Positions 41,581-50,459 of a stretch of 64,000 nucleotides of DNA are shown here, in pieces. The position numbers were made by a program, and so were the translations under genes. The stretch is from an uncultured Alphaproteobacteria bacterium (GTDB lineage Bacteria > Pseudomonadota > Alphaproteobacteria > Rhizobiales > Xanthobacteraceae), in contig CAVTZC010000012.1 of NCBI GenBank assembly GCA_963739075.1, forward strand, positions 42,650 to 106,649, written 5' to 3'. The notes beneath the pieces are model-generated. The model saw only the letters and a program-made list of their open reading frames with translations. It ran no database searches and was not told the origin of the DNA. Numbering within the stretch: the first letter of the stretch is position 1; every line of letters begins with the position of its first letter.

Positions 41581-43074
41581 ATGTCGGTGCGGATGCCCGA
41601 GGTGGACGGCGCGGTGCTGGCGCGGCGCGATCGCATCGTCGCGAGCTTGCGCACCATGGTGCCGGGCGAGGGCGTGATCGCGACCGATCGCGAAATGAAG
41701 CCCTACGAAACCGACGGGCTAACCGCTTACCATCAGCCTCCGATGGTCGTGGTGCTGCCGGAGACCACCGAGCAGGTTGCGCAGGTACTGCGCTATTGCC
41801 ACGACGAAGGCATTAAGGTGGTGCCGCGCGGCGCCGGCACCTCGCTGTCCGGCGGCGCCCTGCCGCTCGCCGACGGCGTGCTGCTCGGCATGGCCAAGTT
41901 CAACCGCATCCGCGAGATCGATTTCGACAACCGTGTCGCGGTCGTCGAACCCGGCGTCACCAATCTGGCGGTGAGCAACGCGGTGGCCCATGCCGGCTTC
42001 TATTACGCGCCCGATCCGTCCTCACAGATCGCCTGCACCATCGGCGGCAATGTGGCGGAGAACTCCGGCGGCGTGCATTGCCTGAAATACGGCATGACCA
42101 CCAACAACGTGCTCGGCTGCGAGATCGTGCTGATCACGGGCGAGGTACTGCGTATCGGCGGCAAGCATCTCGACTCCGAGGGCTACGACCTGCTCGGGCT
42201 GATCACGGGCTCTGAAGGACTGCTCGGCGTGGTCACCGAAGTGACCGTGCGCATCCTGAAGAAACCGGAGACCGCGCGCGCCGTGCTGGTCGGTTTTCCG
42301 TCATCGGAGGACGCCGGCGCATGCGTCTCGGCGATCATCGGCGCCGGCATCATTCCGGGCGGCATGGAGATGATGGACAAGCCGGCGATCCACGCGGTGG
42401 AGGAATTCGTCCATGCCGGCTATCCGCTCGACGTCGAGGCGCTGCTGATCGTCGAGGTGGACGGGCCGCCGGCCGAAGCCGACGACCTGATCGAGCGCAT
42501 CGAGATCATCGCCAGCAAATGCCGCGCGGTGTCGTGTCAGGCCTCGACCTCCGAACAGCAGCGGCTATTGTTTTGGGCCGGGCGCAAGGCGGCGTTCCCG
42601 GCGATCGGCCGCATCTCGCCGGACTACTATTGCATGGACGGCACCATTCCGCGCGCCAAGCTGCCGCTGGTACTGGCGCGCACGAAGGAGCTGTCGGAAA
42701 AATATGGGTTACGTTGCGCCAACGTGTTCCACGCCGGCGACGGCAATCTGCATCCAATGATCCTCTACGATTCCAACAAACCCGACGAGCTCGATCGCGC
42801 CGAACAGTTCGGCGCCGAGATCCTCAAGCTCTGCGTGGAGGTCGGCGGCGTGCTGACCGGCGAGCACGGCGTCGGCGTCGAGAAGCGCGACCTGATGCCG
42901 GTGATGTTTTCGGAAATCGATCTCAACGCGCAGCAGCGCGTCAAATGCGCCTTCGACGCCAAGGGTCTGCTCAATCCCGGCAAGGTGTTCCCCGTTCTGC
43001 ACAGCTGCGCCGAACTCGGCCGCGTGCATATTTCCGGCGGCAAGTTGCCATTTCCCGACATTCCGAGATTCTAG
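41581..43074 (+). CDS. glcD: Glycolate oxidase subunit GlcD (FAD-linked oxidase)
   Basis: ...VVLPETTEQVAQVLRYCHDEGIKVVPRGAGTSLSGGALP...; ...GEHGVGVEKRD.... ATG at 41581 gives a 497-aa product. Confidence 0.85.
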   Translation: MSVRMPEVDGAVLARRDRIVASLRTMVPGEGVIATDREMKPYETDGLTAYHQPPMVVVLPETTEQVAQVLRYCHDEGIKVVPRGAGTSLSGGALPLADGVLLGMAKFNRIREIDFDNRVAVVEPGVTNLAVSNAVAHAGFYYAPDPSSQIACTIGGNVAENSGGVHCLKYGMTTNNVLGCEIVLITGEVLRIGGKHLDSEGYDLLGLITGSEGLLGVVTEVTVRILKKPETARAVLVGFPSSEDAGACVSAIIGAGIIPGGMEMMDKPAIHAVEEFVHAGYPLDVEALLIVEVDGPPAEADDLIERIEIIASKCRAVSCQASTSEQQRLLFWAGRKAAFPAIGRISPDYYCMDGTIPRAKLPLVLARTKELSEKYGLRCANVFHAGDGNLHPMILYDSNKPDELDRAEQFGAEILKLCVEVGGVLTGEHGVGVEKRDLMPVMFSEIDLNAQQRVKCAFDAKGLLNPGKVFPVLHSCAELGRVHISGGKLPFPDIPRF

Positions 43075-43076
43075 CG

Positions 43077-44102
43077 ATGCGGTTTGGTCTGTTCTGTTCG
43101 CCGAAAGCCGACAGCGGCACGCTCGGTCCGGAAACCGGCCAGGGTTTCCGCGACTATCTCGATTTCAACATCGAGGCCGAGGCGCTCGGCTTCCATTCGA
43201 GCTTCTCGGTCGAGCATCATTTCACCGGCTGGAACCAGGTCTCCGCCACGCTGATGCTGCTGATGGCGCTGGCGATGCGCACCAAGACGCTGCGGCTCGG
43301 CACGGCGGTGCTGGTGCTGCCCTGGCATAATCCGGTGCTGCTGGCGGAGCAGGCGGCGACGCTCGACCTCGTCTCCGACGGGAGGCTCGATTTCGGCATC
43401 GGCAAGGGCTACCGGCACAGCGAATTCAAAGGTTTCCAGATCGCGCCGGAAGAGGCGGAGGCGCGTTTCGAGGAAGCCATTGCCATCATCACGCGCGCCT
43501 GGACGACACGCACGCGATTTTCGCATCACGGCCGCTTCTGGAATTTCGAGGACGTCGTGGTCGAGCCGCCGCCCGCGCAGACCCCGCATCCGCCGTACTG
43601 GGTCGCGGCCGGCAATCCGCATTCGATCGCCCGCGCCGGCGCGCGAGGTTTCAATCTGATCCTCGATCAATATGCCAGCCCGCAGACGCTCGCCGAACGC
43701 ATCGCGATCTACAAGACCGAGCGCGAGGCGCATGGCCTGAAGTTTGACCCGATGCAGGTGACGGTCGCGCGTCAGCTCTACGTCGCCAAGGATCAGGCCG
43801 ACAAGGAAGCGGCGCTGGCGCGGCAGGCCGAATACACCAAGCGCACCATCAACGTGTCTCGCACACCGGACGGCAAGACCGGCTCGCACGTGCTCGCCTA
43901 TGCCGACAAGGCCGGCGCTACCGAGGAACACGCGTTGTATGGAACGCCGGATGAAATCTGCCGCATGCTCGAGACCTTGCAGGAGGCAGGCGTTGCCTAT
44001 GTCCTGCTCACCATCGCCGGCGGCAAGGAGCAGTTGCGGCTGTTCGCGCGCGAGATTATGCCGACCTTTTCATCTGCGCCCGAAGCCCGTGCGGCCGAAT
44101 GA
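43077..44102 (+). CDS. LLM-class (luciferase-like) flavin-dependent oxidoreductase
   Basis: MRFGLF...FHSSFSVEHHF...LRLGTAVLVLPWHNPVLLAEQAATLDLVSDGRLDFGIGKGY.... Starts 2 nt after the glcD stop and ends 1 nt before the glcE ATG. Confidence 0.8.
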   Translation: MRFGLFCSPKADSGTLGPETGQGFRDYLDFNIEAEALGFHSSFSVEHHFTGWNQVSATLMLLMALAMRTKTLRLGTAVLVLPWHNPVLLAEQAATLDLVSDGRLDFGIGKGYRHSEFKGFQIAPEEAEARFEEAIAIITRAWTTRTRFSHHGRFWNFEDVVVEPPPAQTPHPPYWVAAGNPHSIARAGARGFNLILDQYASPQTLAERIAIYKTEREAHGLKFDPMQVTVARQLYVAKDQADKEAALARQAEYTKRTINVSRTPDGKTGSHVLAYADKAGATEEHALYGTPDEICRMLETLQEAGVAYVLLTIAGGKEQLRLFAREIMPTFSSAPEARAAE

Positions 44103-44103
44103 C

Positions 44104-45318
44104 ATGACCGACACGCTCAAACCGCGCGATGCCAAGGAGGTCGAGGACGCCGTGCGCTGGGCGCTTGGCAACGACAAGGCGCTGGAACTCACCGGGCAGG
44201 GCAGCAAGCGCTTGATCGGCCGCCCGAGCCAGACCGATTTCACCCTCGATCTCTCCGGCCTGAGCGGCGTCACGCTCTACGAGCCGGAAGAACTGGTGCT
44301 GTCGGTCAAAGCCGGCACGCCGCTTGCCGAAATCGAGACGCTCGTTGAGCAGAACGGCCAGCAGCTCGCCTTCGAGCCGATGGATTACGGCCCGCTGCTT
44401 GACGGCACCGCCGGGCAGGGCACCATCGGCGGCGCGATCGCGGCCAACCTGTCCGGCCCGCGCCGCATCAAATCCGGCGCCGCGCGCGATCACTTTCTTG
44501 GGTTCACCGCGGTCACCGGCCGCGCCGAGACCATCAAGTCGGGCGGCCGGGTGGTCAAGAACGTCACCGGCTACGACATGTGCAAGCTGCTCGCCGGCTC
44601 CTGGGGCACGCTGGCGGCGATGACCGATGTGACGATCAAGGTGCTGCCCAAGGCGGAAACCGAGGCGACCGTAGTCGTCGAAGGCCTCGACGATGCGCGC
44701 GCCTGCGCCGCCATGGCCGCGGCCATGGGCTCATCGTGCGACGTCTCCGGCGCGGCGCATCTGCCCGATCACGTGGCGTCCTATTTCGACGGCTTGCCGA
44801 AGCCGGACGCCGCCACCGCGCTGCGGCTGGAAGGTTTTGCGCCCTCGGTGAAACACCGCAAGGAGGCGCTGGCCGCGCTGATGAAGCCGTTCGGCCCGGT
44901 TGCGCTGCTCGACGAAAAAGAATCGCGTGCGCTCTGGCGCAGCGTGCGGCAGGTGAAGCCCTTCGCCGCCGAGGCGGCGCGCGGGCGGCCGCTTTGGCGC
45001 ATCTCGACCGCGCCCAGCCGAGGTCACGAAATTGCGGCGGCGATCACGCCGGCGGCGCAGATGTTCTACGATTGGGCCGGCGGGCTGCTCTGGGTGGCGA
45101 TGCCGTTTGCCGACGAGCCCAACGCCGCTTCGATCCGCGCTGCCGTCAAGACCATCGGCGGTCATGCCACGCTGGTGCGCGCGCCGGCCGCGGTGCGCGC
45201 CGCGGTCGACGTGTTCGAGCCGCAGGAGGCGAACTTGCGCGCCTTGAACAAGCGCGTGAAGGAGAGCTTCGACCCCAAGGGCGTGCTCAATCCCGGCCGC
45301 ATGTGGGCGGGCGTCTGA
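44104..45318 (+). CDS. glcE: Glycolate oxidase subunit GlcE (FAD-binding)
   Basis: ...LELTGQGSKR...; ...VKNVTGYDMCKLLAGSWGTLA...; ...FDPKGVLNPGRM.... Confidence 0.8.
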   Translation: MTDTLKPRDAKEVEDAVRWALGNDKALELTGQGSKRLIGRPSQTDFTLDLSGLSGVTLYEPEELVLSVKAGTPLAEIETLVEQNGQQLAFEPMDYGPLLDGTAGQGTIGGAIAANLSGPRRIKSGAARDHFLGFTAVTGRAETIKSGGRVVKNVTGYDMCKLLAGSWGTLAAMTDVTIKVLPKAETEATVVVEGLDDARACAAMAAAMGSSCDVSGAAHLPDHVASYFDGLPKPDAATALRLEGFAPSVKHRKEALAALMKPFGPVALLDEKESRALWRSVRQVKPFAAEAARGRPLWRISTAPSRGHEIAAAITPAAQMFYDWAGGLLWVAMPFADEPNAASIRAAVKTIGGHATLVRAPAAVRAAVDVFEPQEANLRALNKRVKESFDPKGVLNPGRMWAGV

Positions 45319-45357
45319 GCACGCCCGGTTGCGCGGGCCAGGCCGCGCAGGCTTTGC

Positions 45358-45454
45358 CATCTCAATCGGGGTGCCTCGCGAGGAGGCTGAGAGGCGGCGC
45401 GCCGCCAACCCGTCGAACCTGATCCGGGTCGTACCGGCGGAGGGAAATGAGGTG
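45358..45454 (+). promoter_or_regulatory. TPP (THI-box) riboswitch aptamer
   Basis: P1 catctca (45358-45364) / tgaggtg (45448-45454). Core: ggggtgcc...ggctgagag...aacccgtcgaacctgatccgggtcgtaccggcggagggaa. Located upstream of thiM. Confidence 0.85.
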
Positions 45455-45540
45455 GCGATCCCGGAAACATCGCATCTCGTCCGACGCGGCGACCAATTCG
45501 TGAGGCCGCCGCGCTGACCGATTCCAATTCCATCGACGCC

Positions 45541-46320
45541 GTGTACTCCGCGCTCGAAGACCTGCGGACGCGCCGCCCGCTCGTCCACAACATCACCAAC
45601 TACGTGGCGATGAGCGTGTCAGCCAATGTGCTGTTGGCGCTCGGCGCCTCGCCGGCCATGGTGCACGCCGCCGAGGAGGTGGAGGATTTCGTGGCCATTT
45701 CCGATTGCCTCGCGGTCAATATCGGCACGCTGTCGCCGCCCTGGGTGGCGGCGATGGACGCGGCGATCGAGCGCGCCCGCGCGCTCGGCAAACCCTAGGT
45801 GCTCGACCCGGTCGGCTGCGGCGCGACCGCCTATCGCACCCAGGTCGCAGCGGACCTCGCGGGACTTGCGCCGAGCGTCATTCGAGGCAATGCCAGCGAG
45901 ATTTTAAGCCTGGCCGGGCAGGTCGGGGCGGCCGGCAAGGGCGTCGATTCGAGCGCCCGCGCCGAGGACGCCACCGGTGCGGCGGCCCTGCTGGCGCAAC
46001 GCGCCGGTTGCGTGGTCGCGGTCACCGGTGCCACCGACTATGTGAGCGACGGGGCAAGCTGCATGGCGATCCATGCCGGGGATGCGCTGATGCCGCTGTC
46101 GACCGCGCTCGGGTGCTCGCTCAGCGCCGTCACCGCCGCCTTCGCCGCCGTTCGTCCGCCGCGTGAGGCCGCAATCGCGGCGCTCGCCATATTCGGCGCG
46201 GCGGGCGCCGTTGCGGCGCAAAACTGCCGCGGTCCCGGTCACCTGCCGGCGGAAATCTGCGATTCGCTGCATCGGATGGACCTTGCCATGCTGTCCCGCC
46301 ATGCCCGGCTCGCCGGCTGA
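45541..46320 (+). pseudogene. thiM: Hydroxyethylthiazole kinase ThiM interrupted by an in-frame TAG at 45796-45798
   Basis: Two same-frame ORFs (45541-45798 and 45799-46320) read as one ThiM: ...[34 protein letters not shown]...ALGKP*VLDPVGCGAT...IRGNASEI...VTGATDYVSDG.... Confidence 0.75.
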
Positions 46321-46401
46321 GAAGCGCGGCCGAAGGATTGACCTTCGCTCGTAAACCGCGTTTCGATCAGTCGAACAGCGCGCTCCGAGCAAGGGCATTC
46401 A

Positions 46402-47745
46402 ATGCAAACGACCTTCAGTCTCGCGCAGTTGCTCGATCCGCAAGTGGCGGAAGCGGAAAAAATCCTGCGCGCCTGCGTGCATTGCGGATTCTGCACCGCC
46501 ACATGTCCGACCTATGTGCTGCTGGGCGACGAGCTCGATTCGCCGCGCGGGCGCATCTATCTGATCAAGGACATGCTTGAGCAGAGCCGGCCGGCAACGC
46601 GCGACGTGGTCAAGCATATCGACCGGTGCCTGTCATGCCTTGCCTGCATGACCACCTGTCCGTCCGGCGTGCATTATATGCATCTGGTCGATCACGCGCG
46701 CGACCACATCGAGAAAACCTATAAGCGTCCGTTGCTCGATCGCGCCATGCGCGGCTTGCTCGCGCGTGTGCTCTCCGACTCGAGACTGTTCCGGATAGCT
46801 GTAGTGGCGGGGCTGATCGCCAAACCGTTCGCGCCGGTTCTGCAAGCGCTCGGCTTGAAGCGCATGGCGGCCATGCTGCGGCTGACGCCGCGCCAGAAAC
46901 TAGCGCCGCCGGTCGATCGTGTCGGCAAGGTCTATGCGGCGCAAGGCGAACGCCGCGGCCGAGTGGCGCTGCTCGCCGGCTGCATTAATCCGGTGCTGGC
47001 GCCGGCGACCAACGAGGCCGCCATCCGCCTGCTCAACCGCCATGGCATCGAGGTGGTGGTCGCGGCCGGCGAAGCCTGCTGCGGCTCGCTCGCCCACCAT
47101 ATGGGCCGCGAAGCGCAGGCCCTGGCGATGGCGCGCAACAATATCGACGCCTGGACTCGCGAAATCGATGGCGCCGGGCTCGACGCCATCCTGATCACGG
47201 TGTCCGGGTGTGGAACCACAGTGAAGGATTACGGCTTTATGCTGCGCACCGATCAGGCCTATGCGGCCAAGGCAGCGCGCGTCGCCGGGCTCGCCAAAGA
47301 CGTGACCGAATACCTCGCGACGCTCGATTTGCCGGCTGGCGAGGCGGCGCGGCCGCTTACGGTCGCCTACCATGCGGCCTGCTCGCTGCAGCACGGGCAG
47401 AAGGTGACGCAGGCGCCAAAAGAATTGCTTTGCAAGTCCGGCTTCGTGGTCAAAGATGTGCCGGAAGGGCATTTGTGCTGCGGCTCCGCGGGAACCTACA
47501 ACATTCTCCAGCCGGCGCTGGCGCAGCGGTTGCGCGAACGCAAGATTATCAATATCGAACGGCTCAAACCGGATGTGATTGCCGCCGGCAATATCGGCTG
47601 CATCACGCAGATCGCCGCCGGTACCGCCATTCCGGTCGTGCACACGGTCGAGCTGCTCGACTGGGCGACCGGCGGTCCGGTGCCACAAGGTTTAGCGGAG
47701 ATCGGAGCGCAAGCTCCGGAGCTTATGGCTGAAGCGGCCCAGTGA
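46402..47745 (+). CDS. glcF: Glycolate oxidase iron-sulfur subunit GlcF
   Basis: Two ferredoxin-type Cys clusters (CVHCGFCTATCP and CLSCLACMTTCP) plus CCG domains (...GCCGS...). Confidence 0.9.
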   Translation: MQTTFSLAQLLDPQVAEAEKILRACVHCGFCTATCPTYVLLGDELDSPRGRIYLIKDMLEQSRPATRDVVKHIDRCLSCLACMTTCPSGVHYMHLVDHARDHIEKTYKRPLLDRAMRGLLARVLSDSRLFRIAVVAGLIAKPFAPVLQALGLKRMAAMLRLTPRQKLAPPVDRVGKVYAAQGERRGRVALLAGCINPVLAPATNEAAIRLLNRHGIEVVVAAGEACCGSLAHHMGREAQALAMARNNIDAWTREIDGAGLDAILITVSGCGTTVKDYGFMLRTDQAYAAKAARVAGLAKDVTEYLATLDLPAGEAARPLTVAYHAACSLQHGQKVTQAPKELLCKSGFVVKDVPEGHLCCGSAGTYNILQPALAQRLRERKIINIERLKPDVIAAGNIGCITQIAAGTAIPVVHTVELLDWATGGPVPQGLAEIGAQAPELMAEAAQ

Positions 47746-47761
47746 ACCGGGAGGAATTGTC

Positions 47762-49018
47762 ATGGCTAAGAAAGCTAAGAAGCGGAAATCGAAAGTGAAG
47801 AAGACGAAACGCGCCGCGGCGCGCAGGCCGAAGGCGAAGACGAAACGCACGGTCAAGAAGACCGTCCGAAAAACCAAGGCCGTCAAACCCAAGACGAAGA
47901 AACCCGCGATCAAGAAGGCGGCATTCAAGAAAGCGGCGCCATCGAAGCCGAAGACCTACAAAATTCTGCTCATGGGGGCGTCTTACGGATCGCTGCTTGC
48001 ATCCAAACTGCTGTTCGGCGGCCACTCCATTCATCTCGTCTGCCTGCCGGCGGAAGCCGATCTGATCAATGCCGAGGGCTTCAAGGTCAAATTGCCGATA
48101 CGCGGCCGCAGCGAACCGGTCCTGCTGGAATCGCGCAAGCTGCCGGGTAAGGTGACCGCCGGCCCCGCGGCCGGCGTCAATCCGAAGGATTACGACCTGG
48201 TCGGTCTCTGCATGCAGGAGCCGCAATACCGTTCGTCTGGCGTGCGCGAACTGCTTGATGCGGTCGGCAAGTCGCGTGTGCCTTGCATGTCGATCATGAA
48301 CATGCCGCCGCTGCCTTACATCAAGCGCATCCCCGGACTCGATCACAAAGCGCTCGAAGCGGCGTACACCGACCCGCGCGTTTGGGATTCAGTCGATCCC
48401 AAGAAGATCACGCTCAACAGCCCCGACCCGCAGGCGATTCGTCCACCCGACGGAAAGGCGAATGAGCTTCTGGTCACGCTGCCGACGAACTTCAAATGCG
48501 CGCGCTTCGAGGACCCTAAAGATACGGCGATCGTGCGCCAGCTCGAGAAGGACGTCGAAGCCGCGCGCTTCGACGCTCCGGAAGGCAAGATCGAATTGCC
48601 GGTGAAGCTGAGGGTCTATGATTCGATCTTCGTGCCGCTCGCCAAGTGGGCGATGCTGCTCGCCGGCAATTATCGTTGCATCACTGCGGATGGCATGCGT
48701 ACGGCGCAAGAGGCGGTGCATTCCAACCTCGAAGAGTCGAGATCGGTGTACAATTTCGTCAACGATCTGGTCGTGAAGCTCGGCGCTTCGCCGGACGATC
48801 TGGTTCCGTTCGAAAAATATGCCGCCGCCGCGCAAAGCCTCACGCGCCCGGCCTCGGCGGCGCGCGCGTTGCAAAACGGCGCGCCGAACATCGAACGCGC
48901 CGACAAGCTGGTTCAGTTGATCGCGCGGCAAAAAGGGCTGAGTCATCCTGCGATCGACGCCCAAGTGGCGCTGGTCGACACGCGACTCGATGCCAACCGG
49001 AAAAAGGCCGCGGCCTGA
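47762..49018 (+). CDS. Protein with a lysine-rich (histone-H1-like) N-terminal tail of about 65 aa, fused to a Rossmann/ketopantoate-reductase-like domain; function unknown
   Basis: GGGAGGA RBS 6 nt upstream. MAKKAKKRKSKVKKTKRAAARRPKAKTKRTVKKTVRKTKAVKPKTKKPAIKKAAFKKAAPSKPK, then YKILLMGASYGSLLASKLL (beta1/Gly-rich loop). Confidence 0.7.
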   Translation: MAKKAKKRKSKVKKTKRAAARRPKAKTKRTVKKTVRKTKAVKPKTKKPAIKKAAFKKAAPSKPKTYKILLMGASYGSLLASKLLFGGHSIHLVCLPAEADLINAEGFKVKLPIRGRSEPVLLESRKLPGKVTAGPAAGVNPKDYDLVGLCMQEPQYRSSGVRELLDAVGKSRVPCMSIMNMPPLPYIKRIPGLDHKALEAAYTDPRVWDSVDPKKITLNSPDPQAIRPPDGKANELLVTLPTNFKCARFEDPKDTAIVRQLEKDVEAARFDAPEGKIELPVKLRVYDSIFVPLAKWAMLLAGNYRCITADGMRTAQEAVHSNLEESRSVYNFVNDLVVKLGASPDDLVPFEKYAAAAQSLTRPASAARALQNGAPNIERADKLVQLIARQKGLSHPAIDAQVALVDTRLDANRKKAAA

Positions 49019-49039
49019 GCATTTGGCGTCCATTTTCCT

Positions 49040-49081
49040 CTGGCGCCTGCCGGACACCCGGTAGGCGCCAGATTTTCTTTG
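49040..49081 (+). terminator. Rho-independent terminator
   Basis: ctggcgcct ... aggcgccag stem with an inner ccgg/ccgg pairing, followed by attttctttg. Confidence 0.75.
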
Positions 49082-49430
49082 TATTGCTGAGACTTAGAGC
49101 GTCGGCCGCGAGTTATTCACAGCACCAAAGGCCACACCGCCGAAATGGCCATTGCCGGCCCGGATTGCGGGACAGAATAGCGTTTCAGGCCCCAAAATTG
49201 TGACTTTGTCGCAACAGTCCGCTTCATTCTGCCGTTAGAAGGCTGAATCGCCTAAAAAGGCAGCAATTGCCGTCGTTTTTGGCTTGCCGATTAAGGGCGG
49301 CGGGGATGTAGATTTGCACGTGACAGCGCGTTCTTTTGCGTTCCGGGGATTGCATCTGGATTTGGACCGCAAAAGGGTTGCGCGAATTGGATCGGCAGAG
49401 TGCCGATTGAACCGAAAAGGGGCAGGGTCA

Positions 49431-50309
49431 ATGAAAAAAGTCGTTTTGTCGGTAGTAGCTGCGCTCGCGATGACTGCTGCTGCGCCAGCGTTTGCTGCCG
49501 ATATGCCAGTGAAGGCCGCACCGGCCGCACCGGCTGCCGCACCTTCACCGTGGGATGTTGCCTTCGGCACTGCGTTCACGACGAATTACGATCTGCGCGG
49601 TGTTTCGCAGTCTAACCGCAAGCCGGCAGCGCAGGGCTACTTCGAGGTCGACTACACCGCCACTGACTGGCTCAAGCTCTATGCCGGAGTTTGGGGATCA
49701 AGTCTGTGGACCGGGTTTGCCGATGCGGAATTCGACATCACCGGCGGAGCTCGGTTTAGCTGGGGCAACTTCGGCCTCGATCTCGGAGTTATCTACTATT
49801 ATTATCCTGGTGGTAATAACGCGGGCGCCGGTCTTTTCACTGGCAGCTGGACCGAGGCCTACGCCAAGCCATCGTACAAGTTTACCGATTGGCTGACGGT
49901 CGGCGGTGTGTTCGAATCCGCCTTCAACAACTTCAACGACAAGGTCACGGCTGGTCCTTGGGTGGGCGATGCGCACCACTACTACGTGTCCGGCAACGCG
50001 GTCATCACTTTGCCCTGGCACCCAGTTGCTGACGTCACGCTCTCGATCAACCCTGAGATCGGTTACGAGTACTACAGCTCTGGCGTTAACGCCAATCTGG
50101 GATTCTCTAGCGACACTTACTGGGACGTCGGCTTTGACATCAACTACAAGGCCATCACGCTCGACCTGCGTTGGTGGGACACAAACATTTCCAACCCGAC
50201 CTTTACGCACGGGGCCCAATGCCTCAATGCCGGCTCGACCACGAACTACTGTGGTTCTACGTTCGTAGCGACCCTGAAGTTCGACACGACGCTGTCAGCT
50301 CTTAAATAG
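49431..50309 (+). CDS. Outer-membrane beta-barrel porin (TorF/Gcw_chp-like family common in Bradyrhizobiaceae)
   Basis: Signal peptide MKKVVLSVVAALAMTAAAPAFA, then ...WDVAFGTAFTTNYDLRGVSQS..., alternating aromatic beta-strands and a C-terminal ...TLKFDTTLSALK. Confidence 0.8.
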   Translation: MKKVVLSVVAALAMTAAAPAFAADMPVKAAPAAPAAAPSPWDVAFGTAFTTNYDLRGVSQSNRKPAAQGYFEVDYTATDWLKLYAGVWGSSLWTGFADAEFDITGGARFSWGNFGLDLGVIYYYYPGGNNAGAGLFTGSWTEAYAKPSYKFTDWLTVGGVFESAFNNFNDKVTAGPWVGDAHHYYVSGNAVITLPWHPVADVTLSINPEIGYEYYSSGVNANLGFSSDTYWDVGFDINYKAITLDLRWWDTNISNPTFTHGAQCLNAGSTTNYCGSTFVATLKFDTTLSALK

Positions 50310-50337
50310 GCCAACTATTGCCCCTTTAGCTTCCGAC

Positions 50338-50376
50338 GGGCGGCGGCTCTAAATTAGCCGCCGCCCTTTTTATTTT
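50338..50376. terminator. Strong hairpin terminator between convergent genes (T-tract on the + strand)
   Basis: gggcggcggc / gccgccgccc 10-bp stem, 9-nt loop, followed by tttttatttt. Confidence 0.8.
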
Positions 50377-50459
50377 GGCGCGGCGCGCAAATAATCCTGC
50401 GCGTAGCGCCGGGCTGCGCACCAGCCCAATTGGCCGGTGAGCTGGTGATGAGCCGCTGG

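Noticed and set aside
43077-44102. The LLM oxidoreductase gene as a recently acquired foreign insertion in the glc operon.
   Set aside because: Its composition looks like that of its neighbours, and the 1-2 nt spacers on both sides indicate long-standing translational coupling, with no flanking repeats or mobility genes. The arrangement is still reported as a finding, but not as horizontal transfer.
45796-45798. The in-frame TAG codons (here and at 1443-1445) as pyrrolysine or other genetic-code reassignment.
   Set aside because: Many genes in this window end with ordinary TAG stops (for example the MotA-like gene, tolQ, glcD, the porin and the amidase). No pyl genes or suppressor tRNA are visible here. 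Mutation or sequencing error explains two sites better.
49431-50309. The lower-GC porin gene and flanking AT-rich spacers as a horizontally acquired islet.
   Set aside because: Outer-membrane porins with aromatic, Asn and Tyr-rich beta-strands are compositionally lower in GC by amino-acid content. Both flanks carry ordinary terminators and no mobility signatures. This cannot be decided without genome-wide statistics.
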